Assembly: GCA_002733465.1 (NCBI GenBank)
Contig: NVVT01000011.1
Location: forward strand, 91,048-140,976
Source of the DNA: Kangiella sp.
GTDB taxonomy: Bacteria > Pseudomonadota > Gammaproteobacteria > Enterobacterales > Kangiellaceae
Direction of reading: 5' to 3'
DNA length: 49,929 bases
The notes below the pieces were generated by a model, which was not told the origin of the DNA, searched no databases, and saw nothing but the letters and a program-made list of their open reading frames with translations. How positions within the stretch are numbered: position 1 is the first letter of the stretch; each line of letters opens with the position of its first letter. The translations under genes and the position numbers were made by a program. Shown piece by piece: positions 19,008 through 28,799 of the stretch.

Positions 19008-19157
19008 AGTCTTCTCCTTATTTTTGTTATATAGTTTGATGCGTTGGAACGAACGAGTTTGTCAAAAAACACCTAATAATAGCACGAATAGAATTGAAAT
19101 TTTAATTCAACTCTCTTTTGCGATTTTTCTTTCAAGACAACTTATCAAGGAATTTAA

Positions 19158-19868
19158 ATGCCAAGCATTAAACGCATAATCGAAAAATCGGATACAGCTC
19201 AAGGAAAAGCCTTTGATTTAACTATGCAAACATTGATTATACTATCAATTATTACATTTTCGGTTGAAACGTTACCCGATTTAGAGGAACAAACCCGATA
19301 TTACCTGAGGATGTTTGAAGTCATTACAGTTTCTATATTTACAATCGAGTATATTTCTCGATTCATCGTAGCAACTAGTAAAAAGGCCTTTGTGTTTTCT
19401 TTTTTTGGCATTGTTGATATGTTATCTATATTACCTTTTTACTTATCAACTGGTTTGGATTTAAGAGCCGTTAGAATGCTACGCTTGTTTCGTCTGTTTA
19501 GAATCTTAAAATTAGTTAGATATAACGCTGCAATGAATCGATTTAAGTCTGCGTTTGCAATTGCAAAAGAAGAATTGATGTTATTTTTATTTGCTACGAT
19601 GGCGATGTTTTATTTATCGGGCGTAGGCATTTATTATTTTGAAAATGAAGCTCAGCCTGAAGCCTTCAGCTCGATATTTCATAGTCTTTGGTGGTCTGTA
19701 ATTACTTTAACGACTGTTGGCTACGGAGATATCTATCCAATCACTGCAGGCGGAAAAATATTTACTTTTTTCATTTTAATTATTGGCTTAGGTATTGTCT
19801 CGATCCCCGCCGGATTAATTGCTTCAGCTTTATCTAAAGCCCGAACTATGGAAAGTGATGAAGATTAG
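19158..19868 (+). CDS. Voltage-gated-type (6TM-like) potassium channel
   Basis: An S4-like arginine ladder is present (RAVRMLRLFRLFRILKLVRY) together with the K+ selectivity filter TTVGYGD. Confidence 0.85.
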   Translation: MPSIKRIIEKSDTAQGKAFDLTMQTLIILSIITFSVETLPDLEEQTRYYLRMFEVITVSIFTIEYISRFIVATSKKAFVFSFFGIVDMLSILPFYLSTGLDLRAVRMLRLFRLFRILKLVRYNAAMNRFKSAFAIAKEELMLFLFATMAMFYLSGVGIYYFENEAQPEAFSSIFHSLWWSVITLTTVGYGDIYPITAGGKIFTFFILIIGLGIVSIPAGLIASALSKARTMESDED

Positions 19869-19907
19869 ACGTTCTACGGTTTCAAAAAATTCTTTTTATA
19901 TGATATA

Positions 19908-21137
19908 TTGGTTTATCTTAAAAAGTATTTTGAGTGTAGGTGTTTTATCAATGATGAATTAAAAGAGCTGTATCTTTGCGTTAGAAAAGAAAGTGAATCA
20001 ATTTCACAACCGCTTTCATCAGAAGATATGCAAATTCAATCAATGGCTGATGCGTCGCCTATAAAATGGCATTTGGCCCATACCTCTTGGGCTTTCGAAA
20101 CTTTTATCCTTAAAGATCAAATTAAGAACTATCAAGCCTTTGATGCAAATTTTGAATATTTTTTTAACTCCTATTACAATGCCATAGGAGAACAATTTCC
20201 TCGCGCCCAACGAGGTCTTCTAAGTCGCCCTAATAACCAAACAATTACCAAATATCGAAAGCATGTAGATATCGCTATGTGCGAACTTATAGAGAATTAT
20301 GAAAATTCGATTAGCAAAGAGACAATTAAATTAATCACTCTTCTGATTAACCATGAACAACAACACCAAGAACTAATGTTGACCGATCTAAAACATGCGT
20401 TGTTTCAAAATCCTACGTATCCAGAATATAAACCAAACTCTCGTTCTAGTCTTAGAAACCTATACATTGATCAACCGTTAACTTGGATAGAATTTGAAGC
20501 TGGTTTATATGACGTTGGCCATCAAGATGAGTCTTTTCACTTTGACAATGAAGGACCGCAACATAAATATTATCTTGAAAGTTTCAAATTAGCATCTCGG
20601 TTAGTTACCAATGGTGAATACCTAAAATTTATGGAAGATGGCGGTTATCAAGATGCAAAATATTGGCTGTCAGAAGCTTGGGGGTCTATCAAAGATAAAA
20701 AAAGTATGGCCCCTATGTATTGGATTAAAAAAGATAATAAATGGTTTCAATACACTCTTTTTGGATTGCAACCGTTAGACTTAAATAAGCCAGTACAACA
20801 TATAAACTATTTTGAAGCTAATGCGTATGCAACTAGCGTTAACAAAAGATTGCCAACAGAACAAGAATGGGAAGTTGCGGCTAAAAATGAACAATTCAAA
20901 TTGAACGAGATGTTTAACCATCTATGGCAATGGACATCGAGTAGCTATTGCGCCTATCCCGGTTTTAAAATTGTTAACGGCGCCATTGGAGAATATAACG
21001 GTAAGTTTATGGTCAATCAATATGTTTTACGTGGTGGCTCAAAAGCCACACCGCAAGGTCATATTAGGGCATCATACCGTAACTTTTTTTACCCTAATGC
21101 CTCTTGGCAATATACTGGATTAAGATTGGCGGAATAG
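19908..21137 (+). CDS. egtB: EgtB-type sulfoxide synthase (DinB_2 plus FGE-sulfatase domains), ergothioneine pathway
   Basis: The DinB-type iron motif is present (SPIKWHLAHTSWAFE...NHEQQHQE). The FGE-sulfatase-like C-terminal half includes VTNGEYLKFMEDGGY, WQWTSS and RGGS. There is no in-frame ATG near the N-terminus, so a TTG start at 19908 is assumed and is uncertain. Confidence 0.8.
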   Translation: MVYLKKYFECRCFINDELKELYLCVRKESESISQPLSSEDMQIQSMADASPIKWHLAHTSWAFETFILKDQIKNYQAFDANFEYFFNSYYNAIGEQFPRAQRGLLSRPNNQTITKYRKHVDIAMCELIENYENSISKETIKLITLLINHEQQHQELMLTDLKHALFQNPTYPEYKPNSRSSLRNLYIDQPLTWIEFEAGLYDVGHQDESFHFDNEGPQHKYYLESFKLASRLVTNGEYLKFMEDGGYQDAKYWLSEAWGSIKDKKSMAPMYWIKKDNKWFQYTLFGLQPLDLNKPVQHINYFEANAYATSVNKRLPTEQEWEVAAKNEQFKLNEMFNHLWQWTSSSYCAYPGFKIVNGAIGEYNGKFMVNQYVLRGGSKATPQGHIRASYRNFFYPNASWQYTGLRLAE

Positions 21138-21170
21138 CTTTTATATTTAGAATGTATTGGAGAGAATGCA

Positions 21171-22169
21171 ATGGACGACAACTATTTATATTCAAATAGC
21201 GCTGAACAAGATTATTTCATTAACAGCGGAAGTAATACGACTAATGAAGTTGATGAAATATTTCTTCAAGATGTTATTGAAGGATTAAGCCATTCTCAAA
21301 AATCACTGCCATGTAAATATTTTTACGACGAAACAGGATCTCGGTTATTCGAACAAATTTGTCAACTTGATGAATATTATATTACTCGAACTGAATTAGA
21401 ACTTCTAGAGAATATAAAACAAGAGCTTGCAAATGAAATTGGCGAAAATGCAGTAATCATTGAACCCGGTGCAGGCGCTGGAAAAAAAATACAAATATTA
21501 CTTCATGCATTAGAATCGCCACAGACGTATGTACCAATGGACATCTCAAAAGATTTTCTTTTTTATAGCGCCAAGGTCATTCAAGAAAATTTTCGCAATA
21601 TAGAAGTTTCTCCTATTCAAGGTGATTTTACTAAGCCTATAAAATGGTTAGATAAGAATAGTGACAATCGAATTGTATTCTTCCCAGGTTCAACTATTGG
21701 GAATTTTGAAGCAGAATTGGCAGTCAGTTTTCTACAAAATATGAAAGCTCTTATGGGTAAAAAAGGCTCAATGATTATAGGCGTTGATCGAATAAAAGAT
21801 CGACAAACTTTAGTTAATGCTTATGATGATTCATCAGGCATAACCTCAGACTTTAATAAAAATCTACTTGTACGTATTAATCGAGAACTAAATGGCAATT
21901 TTAATTTAAATGCCTTTCAGCATAGTGCTATTTTTAATGAAGTTGATTCAAGAATAGAAATGCATTTAATTAGTACAATACAACAAGATGTTAGGATAAA
22001 TGGACATGTTATAAGATTTCAAAAAGATGAAGCCATTCATACCGAAAACTCTCATAAATATTCAGATAAAAGCTTTATAAAACTTGTTTCCAAAGCCGGT
22101 CTAAAATCAGTTAAATATTGGGTTGATAGTAAAAATTTATTTAACATTTACTATTTGGTACCTGAATAA
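21171..22169 (+). CDS. egtD: EgtD-type L-histidine N-alpha-methyltransferase
   Basis: KYFYDETGSRLFEQICQLDEYYITRTELELL and EPGAGAGKK are the Methyltransf_33/EgtD signature. The gene starts 33 nt after egtB. Confidence 0.85.
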   Translation: MDDNYLYSNSAEQDYFINSGSNTTNEVDEIFLQDVIEGLSHSQKSLPCKYFYDETGSRLFEQICQLDEYYITRTELELLENIKQELANEIGENAVIIEPGAGAGKKIQILLHALESPQTYVPMDISKDFLFYSAKVIQENFRNIEVSPIQGDFTKPIKWLDKNSDNRIVFFPGSTIGNFEAELAVSFLQNMKALMGKKGSMIIGVDRIKDRQTLVNAYDDSSGITSDFNKNLLVRINRELNGNFNLNAFQHSAIFNEVDSRIEMHLISTIQQDVRINGHVIRFQKDEAIHTENSHKYSDKSFIKLVSKAGLKSVKYWVDSKNLFNIYYLVPE

Positions 22170-22960
22170 TTATAAAAATTAGCAATCTCACGCCACATAA
22201 CTGTCGGATTTGCATACATTGGAAAATGACCACAATCGGGTATTTCAGACAATCTAACACCTTTCGATTCAATATCTTCTAAATAGGAAAGTGATTTGTT
22301 TTGCTCTCCATACATAAACATTTTAGGGCAAGCTAAGCTTAAAAACTTATTCATCAAATTTCCATTATCCGATAATTCTACCATTGATTTGAAAATGGTA
22401 GGTACGGCTTTGGCTCTCACTTTATGGCGTAAACTGGCAGAATATAAAGGGCTTGAATAAGCTGGCGAATTTAAAGTTCGTTGAATAAAGTTTTCAAAAA
22501 AATCATCCGCATTATCTGCAGGGTGCTCAACAATTTGCCGACTTAAAAAGCAATCTTCTGGGGCGATATTACCCTCAATATCAATAAAACTAAGAACTCT
22601 TTCAGGGCAGTGATCCGCTAACATTAACGCAGTTAATCCGCCCATTGAATGTCCAACTAAATGAAAACGATCGATATTTTCTTTATCTAACATCGCTAGC
22701 GCTGTTTTCAATAAAAAAGGAATGGATACTTTTTCTAGATTTGTACAGGTTGTTTCTCCACAACCAGGAGCATCATAAGCAAAAAATGGATATTCTTTGA
22801 GGCTACTCTGTCTAATAATGTCAGCGTAGTCTTCTTTTGTGGAACCAAAACCATGTAAGAAAACGATCGGGGGTAGCGAGCCTTTACGCGAAATAGCTGA
22901 TACATTTAATTGGATACCATCAACTTCTATTTCGGTATTAAATTTCTTAAATTCGTTCAT
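22151..22960 (-). CDS. Alpha/beta-fold hydrolase, last gene of the RraA-like operon
   Basis: It has the oxyanion HGFGS and the nucleophile elbow GHSMGG, with a C-terminal CGH. Its 3-prime end overlaps the egtD 3-prime end by 19 nt in convergent orientation. Confidence 0.8.
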   Translation of the reverse strand: MNEFKKFNTEIEVDGIQLNVSAISRKGSLPPIVFLHGFGSTKEDYADIIRQSSLKEYPFFAYDAPGCGETTCTNLEKVSIPFLLKTALAMLDKENIDRFHLVGHSMGGLTALMLADHCPERVLSFIDIEGNIAPEDCFLSRQIVEHPADNADDFFENFIQRTLNSPAYSSPLYSASLRHKVRAKAVPTIFKSMVELSDNGNLMNKFLSLACPKMFMYGEQNKSLSYLEDIESKGVRLSEIPDCGHFPMYANPTVMWREIANFYNYSGTK

Positions 22961-22978
22961 GTTATTTCATTCCCAATT

Positions 22979-24211
22979 CTAATCCGTCAAAGATTCACAA
23001 AACACTTCTATTTTTTCGCACGCTACTCGTAAAGAATCATCATCTAAAGCATAGGCAATGCGAAGATATGGGCCTAGACCAAAAGCACTGCCATGCACCA
23101 CGGCGACATTCATTTCTTCTAGCAATGCACTAGCAACATCTTTATCGCTTTGTAAGTGTTTTCCAGCGTTGGTTTTTTTACCTAATAACGCTGAACAATC
23201 TGCGAAAATATAAAAAGCGCCTGAAGGGCTTTCACAGCTCAATCCTGAAATATTATTTAATGTTTTTACTAATCGATCACGGCGTTTAACAAAAACATTT
23301 CTTGACTGCTCAAGGAAGTCCTTATCTCCTTGTAAAGCTGCCAATGCGGCATGCTGAGCAATTGAACATGCTCCAGAAGTTTGTTGCCCTTGCAGTTTAA
23401 TCATTGCATCTATTAACCATTGCGGACCAATACCAAAACCAATTCGCCAACCAGTCATCGCATAGGCTTTAGAAACACCATTCATGGTTAAAATTCTATT
23501 TTGTAAATCAGGTGCTACTTGAGCCAAAGTATAAAACTCTAAATCATCAAAAATAAGATGCTCGTAAATGTCATCGGAAAGAACCATAACATGTTCATGT
23601 TTTCGCAAACAATCGGCTAATGCTTCAAGTTCATTTTTTGTATAAACGGCGCCAGTCGGATTAGACGGCGAATTAAGAATCAACCACTTTGTCTTATTAG
23701 TAATAGCCTTGTTTAATGCGTCAGCAGTAATTTTAAAACCGCTCGAATGGTCACATGAAGTAATCACAGGCTTACCGCCACAAACTTCCACCATTTCAGG
23801 ATAGCTCACCCAGAATGGCGCAGGTATTATAACTTCATCATTCTCATTTAGAGTTGCCGCTAATGCATTAAATAAAACTTGCTTTCCGCCCGTACAAACA
23901 ATTGTTTGCTGCCAGTGACAGTCTATATTATTTTCATCGTTGAATTTTTTTGCAACCGCTTGCCTTAGCTCTTTTAATCCTGCGACTTGGGTGTAACGGG
24001 TAAACCCTGCTTGTATAGCTTGAATAGCCGCTGCGGAAATATGCTCTGGTGTATCAAAATCGGGTTCGCCCGCACAGAGTGAAATTATAGTTTCACCCGC
24101 TGCTCTTTTTTCAGCGACTCTATCTATCACTTTGTAAGTTGCAGATGGTTGTGAGCGTTCTAAAAATCGGTTTAATACATTTGTATTAGTCTTACTCACT
24201 TCTCTCTCCAT
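22979..24211 (-). CDS. Class I PLP-dependent (aspartate-type) aminotransferase
   Basis: The motifs are LCAGEPDF, NSPSNPTG and SKAYAMTGWRIG (PLP lysine). Confidence 0.9.
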   Translation of the reverse strand: MEREVSKTNTNVLNRFLERSQPSATYKVIDRVAEKRAAGETIISLCAGEPDFDTPEHISAAAIQAIQAGFTRYTQVAGLKELRQAVAKKFNDENNIDCHWQQTIVCTGGKQVLFNALAATLNENDEVIIPAPFWVSYPEMVEVCGGKPVITSCDHSSGFKITADALNKAITNKTKWLILNSPSNPTGAVYTKNELEALADCLRKHEHVMVLSDDIYEHLIFDDLEFYTLAQVAPDLQNRILTMNGVSKAYAMTGWRIGFGIGPQWLIDAMIKLQGQQTSGACSIAQHAALAALQGDKDFLEQSRNVFVKRRDRLVKTLNNISGLSCESPSGAFYIFADCSALLGKKTNAGKHLQSDKDVASALLEEMNVAVVHGSAFGLGPYLRIAYALDDDSLRVACEKIEVFCESLTD

Positions 24212-24828
24212 TCTAATAAATCCATCAACTCTAAGGTTGTTTTTCCTGTGCTCAATTGCTTCATCATGATCGCTTCTTTCTCTTCACGTGCTTTACCTTT
24301 TTGAATAATGTCTAACGCGATATTTTTTGGTAATACAACTACACCATCATCGTCAGCGATCACTAAGTCGCCCAACTGAACTGGGGTACCCGTTATTTGG
24401 ATAGAATCACCGACTGAGTTATAACTCGCTTTTTCTGTACCACAAACCGAAATACCCCGGCTAAAAACAGGGAATTTTCTTTGCCTTAGAGCCACAATAT
24501 CTCGTACGCCACCGTCAATAACCAACCCTTTTATTCCCGAATATTGAGCGGCTACTGTGAGCACTTCCCCCCAATAACCAGCAACAAAATCATCAGTCGT
24601 TACTACCATAACACTGCCCGCCGGTGCTTTTTCTAAAGCAATTTGAATCGCTAAATTATCCCCAGGTGTACATGCCACTGGATAGGCCGGACCCGATAAA
24701 ATAGCCCCTTGCCAAACGGCTGTTATTTCTCTATCTAAAGCACAATTTTTAATATTGGATGCCTCATAGAGTGTTGATGTACCAAGCGTTTTAGCGAGTT
24801 CTAATTCAGTTTCGGTATAAATAGCCAT
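24196..24828 (-). CDS. RraA / class II HMG-CHA aldolase-like family protein, paralog A
   Basis: It shows the RraA fold signature GPAYPV...YWGEVLTVAAQYSGIKGLVIDGGVRD...DDDGVVVLP. It overlaps the aminotransferase start by 16 nt. Confidence 0.8.
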   Translation of the reverse strand: MAIYTETELELAKTLGTSTLYEASNIKNCALDREITAVWQGAILSGPAYPVACTPGDNLAIQIALEKAPAGSVMVVTTDDFVAGYWGEVLTVAAQYSGIKGLVIDGGVRDIVALRQRKFPVFSRGISVCGTEKASYNSVGDSIQITGTPVQLGDLVIADDDGVVVLPKNIALDIIQKGKAREEKEAIMMKQLSTGKTTLELMDLLEWREK

Positions 24829-25503
24829 TTATCCTTTCCTTTGCAAGGTATGATAATTCATTTTTTCTCTTGCTTGTTTAATACTATCGCCAGCCTTTAT
24901 TCGCTCTCGTATAGCCTCTTCAACGGTTTCAATTTCATGTGCGATTTTGGCAACTTCTTGCGCAAATTTTCTTGGGACAACTACCACGCCATTTGCATCT
25001 GCTATCACGATATCTTGATCTTCCACTCTCACGTTACCAATATTTACGGTGCCATTAACTGAGTCAACTTCTACTCTATCTTTACCGGTCCTCATCGAAC
25101 GTCCTGCAGTAAATAATTTGTAATCATCTCCAATAGCTTTATTGACGTCTCGACATACACCATCTATCACTGTTCCCGCAATTTTTTTAATGCCTGCATA
25201 TTGAGTTAAAATATCCCCCCAAACCGTGCAGTCAAGGCGACCGTCATTATCTATTACAACAATGTCGCCCGTTTTAACATCATCTATATAATCGCCTACC
25301 GTTCCAGCGGGGATCCCAGCAGAGACATACTTAACTGTAAATGCAGGGCCAACAATCACTTCGGTATAATCTTTTAATGGCATGATCCCTAACGTTTGCC
25401 CACAAATCCCCATTTTATCTAAAGCATCGGATACACCCGGTGTATCCAATCCTTTAAATAATTCGACTAATGATTTATTTTCTATTTCTTGCTTTTGATT
25501 CAT
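24829..25503 (-). CDS. RraA / class II HMG-CHA aldolase-like family protein, paralog B
   Basis: It shows GPAFTVKY...VWGDILTQYAGIKKIAGTVIDGVCRD...DANGVVVVP. Its stop abuts the paralog A start (TAAATG). Confidence 0.8.
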   Translation of the reverse strand: MNQKQEIENKSLVELFKGLDTPGVSDALDKMGICGQTLGIMPLKDYTEVIVGPAFTVKYVSAGIPAGTVGDYIDDVKTGDIVVIDNDGRLDCTVWGDILTQYAGIKKIAGTVIDGVCRDVNKAIGDDYKLFTAGRSMRTGKDRVEVDSVNGTVNIGNVRVEDQDIVIADANGVVVVPRKFAQEVAKIAHEIETVEEAIRERIKAGDSIKQAREKMNYHTLQRKG

Positions 25504-25557
25504 TCTGTTATTCTCGCTTTTTTAGTCTTTTAGATTCGATCAACTAGAGCAAAATTT

Positions 25558-26235
25558 TTAGCTATTATTAATCGCTTCAAATTGTTTATCGTGCATCACT
25601 TCGGCTACGGATTTTCCAGAACGAACCGCTTCAACCATTCCATTTTGCCGAGTATCTATTCTTTCGGCTAATTCAATCACAGCATCTATTTCAGAAGCCG
25701 GAATAAAAACCGTTCCGCAACCATCTGCAATCACATAATCATCTTCATTAACGGTAATTCCCGCAAACTGAAGCGGACACGCGGAATCTAATTGGATCAC
25801 CCGATTTCGCGCGCTGATCATGGTTATTCCTTTGCCATACAACGGATAGTCTATTGATTCACTGCCATCAATATCTCGACTGCATCCATCAATCACCGTG
25901 CCTTGAATGTTTTTTTGTTTTGCTGCGTTAGCTAAAATATCTCCCCAACAAGAAACACCATCTGTACCACCGGCAATCACTAATATTCTATCGTGACTAC
26001 TTTCATTCACCGCGTCGATCACCGGCGAAATTAAATGCACTGTAGGTTTTTCAGTTTGTTTTGGACCAAGTTTTACAGTACTTGCTCTACCAACAATTTT
26101 TTTGCAATTCCACAAAGGCCTCACGCCAAAAGTTGCACCGTCTAACTCTAAAAAATCTAGCGCATCAGAAATAGTATTGGTGTCTAGGTTGGCTAATCGA
26201 GTTAATCTAGTTGATAAGTTCGAGTTGTTTGTCAT
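25558..26235 (-). CDS. RraA / class II HMG-CHA aldolase-like family protein, paralog C
   Basis: It shows GRASTVKL...CWGDILANAAKQKNIQGTVIDGCSRD...DGCGTVFIP. Confidence 0.8.
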   Translation of the reverse strand: MTNNSNLSTRLTRLANLDTNTISDALDFLELDGATFGVRPLWNCKKIVGRASTVKLGPKQTEKPTVHLISPVIDAVNESSHDRILVIAGGTDGVSCWGDILANAAKQKNIQGTVIDGCSRDIDGSESIDYPLYGKGITMISARNRVIQLDSACPLQFAGITVNEDDYVIADGCGTVFIPASEIDAVIELAERIDTRQNGMVEAVRSGKSVAEVMHDKQFEAINNS

Positions 26236-26261
26236 GTTGATAACTTCCGATTGGATATAAT

Positions 26262-27728
26262 TTATTGAAAACTAGAATCAGTTTCATGTTCAACTTGAGG
26301 ATCTATTTCGACCGCTGGCCACGCCTTACGATCAATATCAAGATCCTTAAAATCATCAGGATTAAATATTGGCCGATCAATACCTTTCTTTAACTGTTGG
26401 CGAAAATCATTAAGCACTCGAAGGCAAGTTGGGAGTAACATCATGATGACTAATAAATTGACCAAAGCTAAAACGCCCATCATGGGATCTGCAAAGAAGA
26501 ATATCGCGGTAGCGCCCGGAGCCGTCGCTCCAATAAAAACGATCGCAATAATCACTGCACGCAAAACATTTAATGCGATAGGATTTTTGGTTATAAATGA
26601 CAAGGCGTTTTCACCTAAATAATAGTTATAAATGATGGAACTGAATGAAAAAAGCAAAAGCATAAAAGATAAAAAATATTGAGTCCATTCGCCCAGGTGG
26701 GAAACTAGCGATTGTTGTGTTAATACAACGCCATCAATAGCTTCTGCACCTGGCTCATAAACATCCCCTAGCAAAACCACAAATGCGGTGCAAGAACAAA
26801 CCAACATAGTATCTATAAAAACAGAAAAAGACTGCGTGATCCCCTGACTGATTGGATGTTTTACATCAGCAGTTGCCGCCACATTGGGAGCCGATCCAAG
26901 CCCCGCCTCATTAGAAAATAATCCACGGCTTAAACCGTTAGAAATGGCAGCCCCCATTCCTCCACTGACCGCTTCTTCAAAACCAAACGCATTAGATATT
27001 ATCGAACTGAAAACGGCAGGCACTTCACTAATATTGAGTAGAATGACCACAAGCGCCATTAGGATGTAACTGATTGCCATAACCGGAACGATGATATCTG
27101 CGATCTTAGAAATTCGCTGTATACCTCCGAAGACGATGAAACCGGCAATTATCGCTAATAGGCTACCACTTACTAATCGGCTAATTCCCATGCTATCGTT
27201 TAATGCCCCTGCGACCGTATTACCTTGAAAGGCATTAAAGCCTATTCCAAAAGCTGCGATCAAACACACGGCATAAACAATCGCCAACCATCGATAATTT
27301 TCGCCAAGTCCATGCAAGATTGAACGTGCTGGACCGCCACGAAACGAGCCATCAGATTGTCGTCTTTTGTAAACTTGTGCGAGAGAACTCTCAACTAAAC
27401 TAGTTGCCATGCCAACCAGTGCAATCGCCCACATCCAAAAAACAGCACCTGGGCCACCCAGTGTAATTGCAACGGCTACACCGGCAATATTGCCCCCGCC
27501 AACTCGACCACCAACAGAAATGATTAATGCCGCTCTTGCCGAAAGGGTATTCGGATCATTGCTTTGATTATTGGAAGACATAACGCGGAACATTCGTTTG
27601 AAAAATTCAATTTGAACAAAACCCGAAAGCAACGTAATGAAACAACCAAAAACCACTAGGAGCGGAATTAAAGAGTGCCCCCAAGTTAGATCGCCGATTA
27701 TTCTGAAGATATTTTCAATTGTTTGCAT
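26262..27728 (-). CDS. Alanine/glycine:cation symporter (AGCS) family amino-acid carrier
   Basis: It is 488 aa and polytopic, with the motifs GGPGAVFWMW and GLFSNEAGLGSAP that are characteristic of sodium:alanine symporters. Confidence 0.85.
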   Translation of the reverse strand: MQTIENIFRIIGDLTWGHSLIPLLVVFGCFITLLSGFVQIEFFKRMFRVMSSNNQSNDPNTLSARAALIISVGGRVGGGNIAGVAVAITLGGPGAVFWMWAIALVGMATSLVESSLAQVYKRRQSDGSFRGGPARSILHGLGENYRWLAIVYAVCLIAAFGIGFNAFQGNTVAGALNDSMGISRLVSGSLLAIIAGFIVFGGIQRISKIADIIVPVMAISYILMALVVILLNISEVPAVFSSIISNAFGFEEAVSGGMGAAISNGLSRGLFSNEAGLGSAPNVAATADVKHPISQGITQSFSVFIDTMLVCSCTAFVVLLGDVYEPGAEAIDGVVLTQQSLVSHLGEWTQYFLSFMLLLFSFSSIIYNYYLGENALSFITKNPIALNVLRAVIIAIVFIGATAPGATAIFFFADPMMGVLALVNLLVIMMLLPTCLRVLNDFRQQLKKGIDRPIFNPDDFKDLDIDRKAWPAVEIDPQVEHETDSSFQ

Positions 27729-27830
27729 AGGTTATTCCACTGGCAAGTTTTCAATATTTAAGATGCAGTAAAAGCTTACCCATTATGAAATAATTTCGCT
27801 GATATTTAAATTTGTTATAACTTAACCCTG

Positions 27831-27849
27831 TGATACTATTTTCATATCA
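27831..27849. promoter_or_regulatory. Candidate LysR-type (T-N11-A) dyad in the divergent intergenic region
   Basis: TGATA-N9-TATCA contains a T-N11-A core. It lies between the AGCS operon start (27728) and the lysR-type gene start (27864). Confidence 0.3.
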
Positions 27850-27863
27850 GTAATTTAAGAGAT

Positions 27864-28766
27864 ATGCTCATGAGCACGATTAATTTTCGACTTGTTAAGC
27901 AATTGTGGATGTTTTTAGCGGTTGCGGAAGAACTGCACTTTGGCAGAGCCGCAGCACGATTAGGTATGTCTCAACCGCCATTAACTGAGCAAATCAAGGT
28001 ACTCGAGGCCTCATTATCAATGACTTTGTTTGAACGATCTCGGCGCGGCACTAAACTAACGCCTGCAGGCGCAGCGATTCTTCCGGCAGTAAAACAGTTT
28101 TCTAGGCAAGTAGAAAATCTAGAGAAGATTGTTAGAGAAGTTGCCAGAGGTCAAACCGGGGTATTGCAGGTAGGTGCCATTACTTCAGCGATGTTAGAAA
28201 CCGTTCCCCCCTTGCTGAATAAGCTTAAACAAAGATTTCCAGAATTAACGGTTTTTGTACAAGAAATTGACAGCGTAGAAGCAATACCGGCGCTAGAAAA
28301 TGGCGAACTTGATATTGCTTTTGTTCGGTTAGATGGCGAAACAAAATCAGGAATTGAAACGCTTAATTTAACGGAAGATCGATTAGCGGTGGCATTACCG
28401 ATTAGCCATCCTTTAGCCACACATACGGAAATTGCTATTGCTAAACTAGAACCAGAACAAATTGTAATGTCTTCCCGAAAGGTAAGTCCTATCTATTTTG
28501 ATATGTTAGTTTCCGCCTGTCGAAAACATGGTTTTAGTCCACGAATTTTGCATGAAGTGCGATCCATATCTTCTCAAATCGCGTATGTTAGTTGTGGGCA
28601 AGGCGTGGCATTAGTTCCCAAAGGGGTTGAGAAACTTACACCTCAAAATGTGGTGGTTAAACCGTTAAAGGAGAAAATTATGATTGTTACTTCGGCGATG
28701 GCGTGGAATAGCAACCGATATCATCCTTTGATTTCTACGGTTCGAGAGTTATTAGCTGGAGACTAG
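27864..28766 (+). CDS. LysR-family transcriptional regulator, divergent from the AGCS/RraA-like operon
   Basis: The N-terminal wHTH (FLAVAEELHFGRAAARLGMSQPPLTEQIKVLE) is followed by a periplasmic-binding-like effector domain. Confidence 0.9.
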   Translation: MLMSTINFRLVKQLWMFLAVAEELHFGRAAARLGMSQPPLTEQIKVLEASLSMTLFERSRRGTKLTPAGAAILPAVKQFSRQVENLEKIVREVARGQTGVLQVGAITSAMLETVPPLLNKLKQRFPELTVFVQEIDSVEAIPALENGELDIAFVRLDGETKSGIETLNLTEDRLAVALPISHPLATHTEIAIAKLEPEQIVMSSRKVSPIYFDMLVSACRKHGFSPRILHEVRSISSQIAYVSCGQGVALVPKGVEKLTPQNVVVKPLKEKIMIVTSAMAWNSNRYHPLISTVRELLAGD

Positions 28767-28799
28767 AGTTATTTGCGGAACGGGGCAATTGTTTGTACT

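Noticed and set aside
18970-19179. Plus-strand 69-aa ORF upstream of the K+ channel gene
   Set aside because: It overlaps the N-terminus of the minus-strand membrane protein gene and the channel promoter region. It has no motif support.
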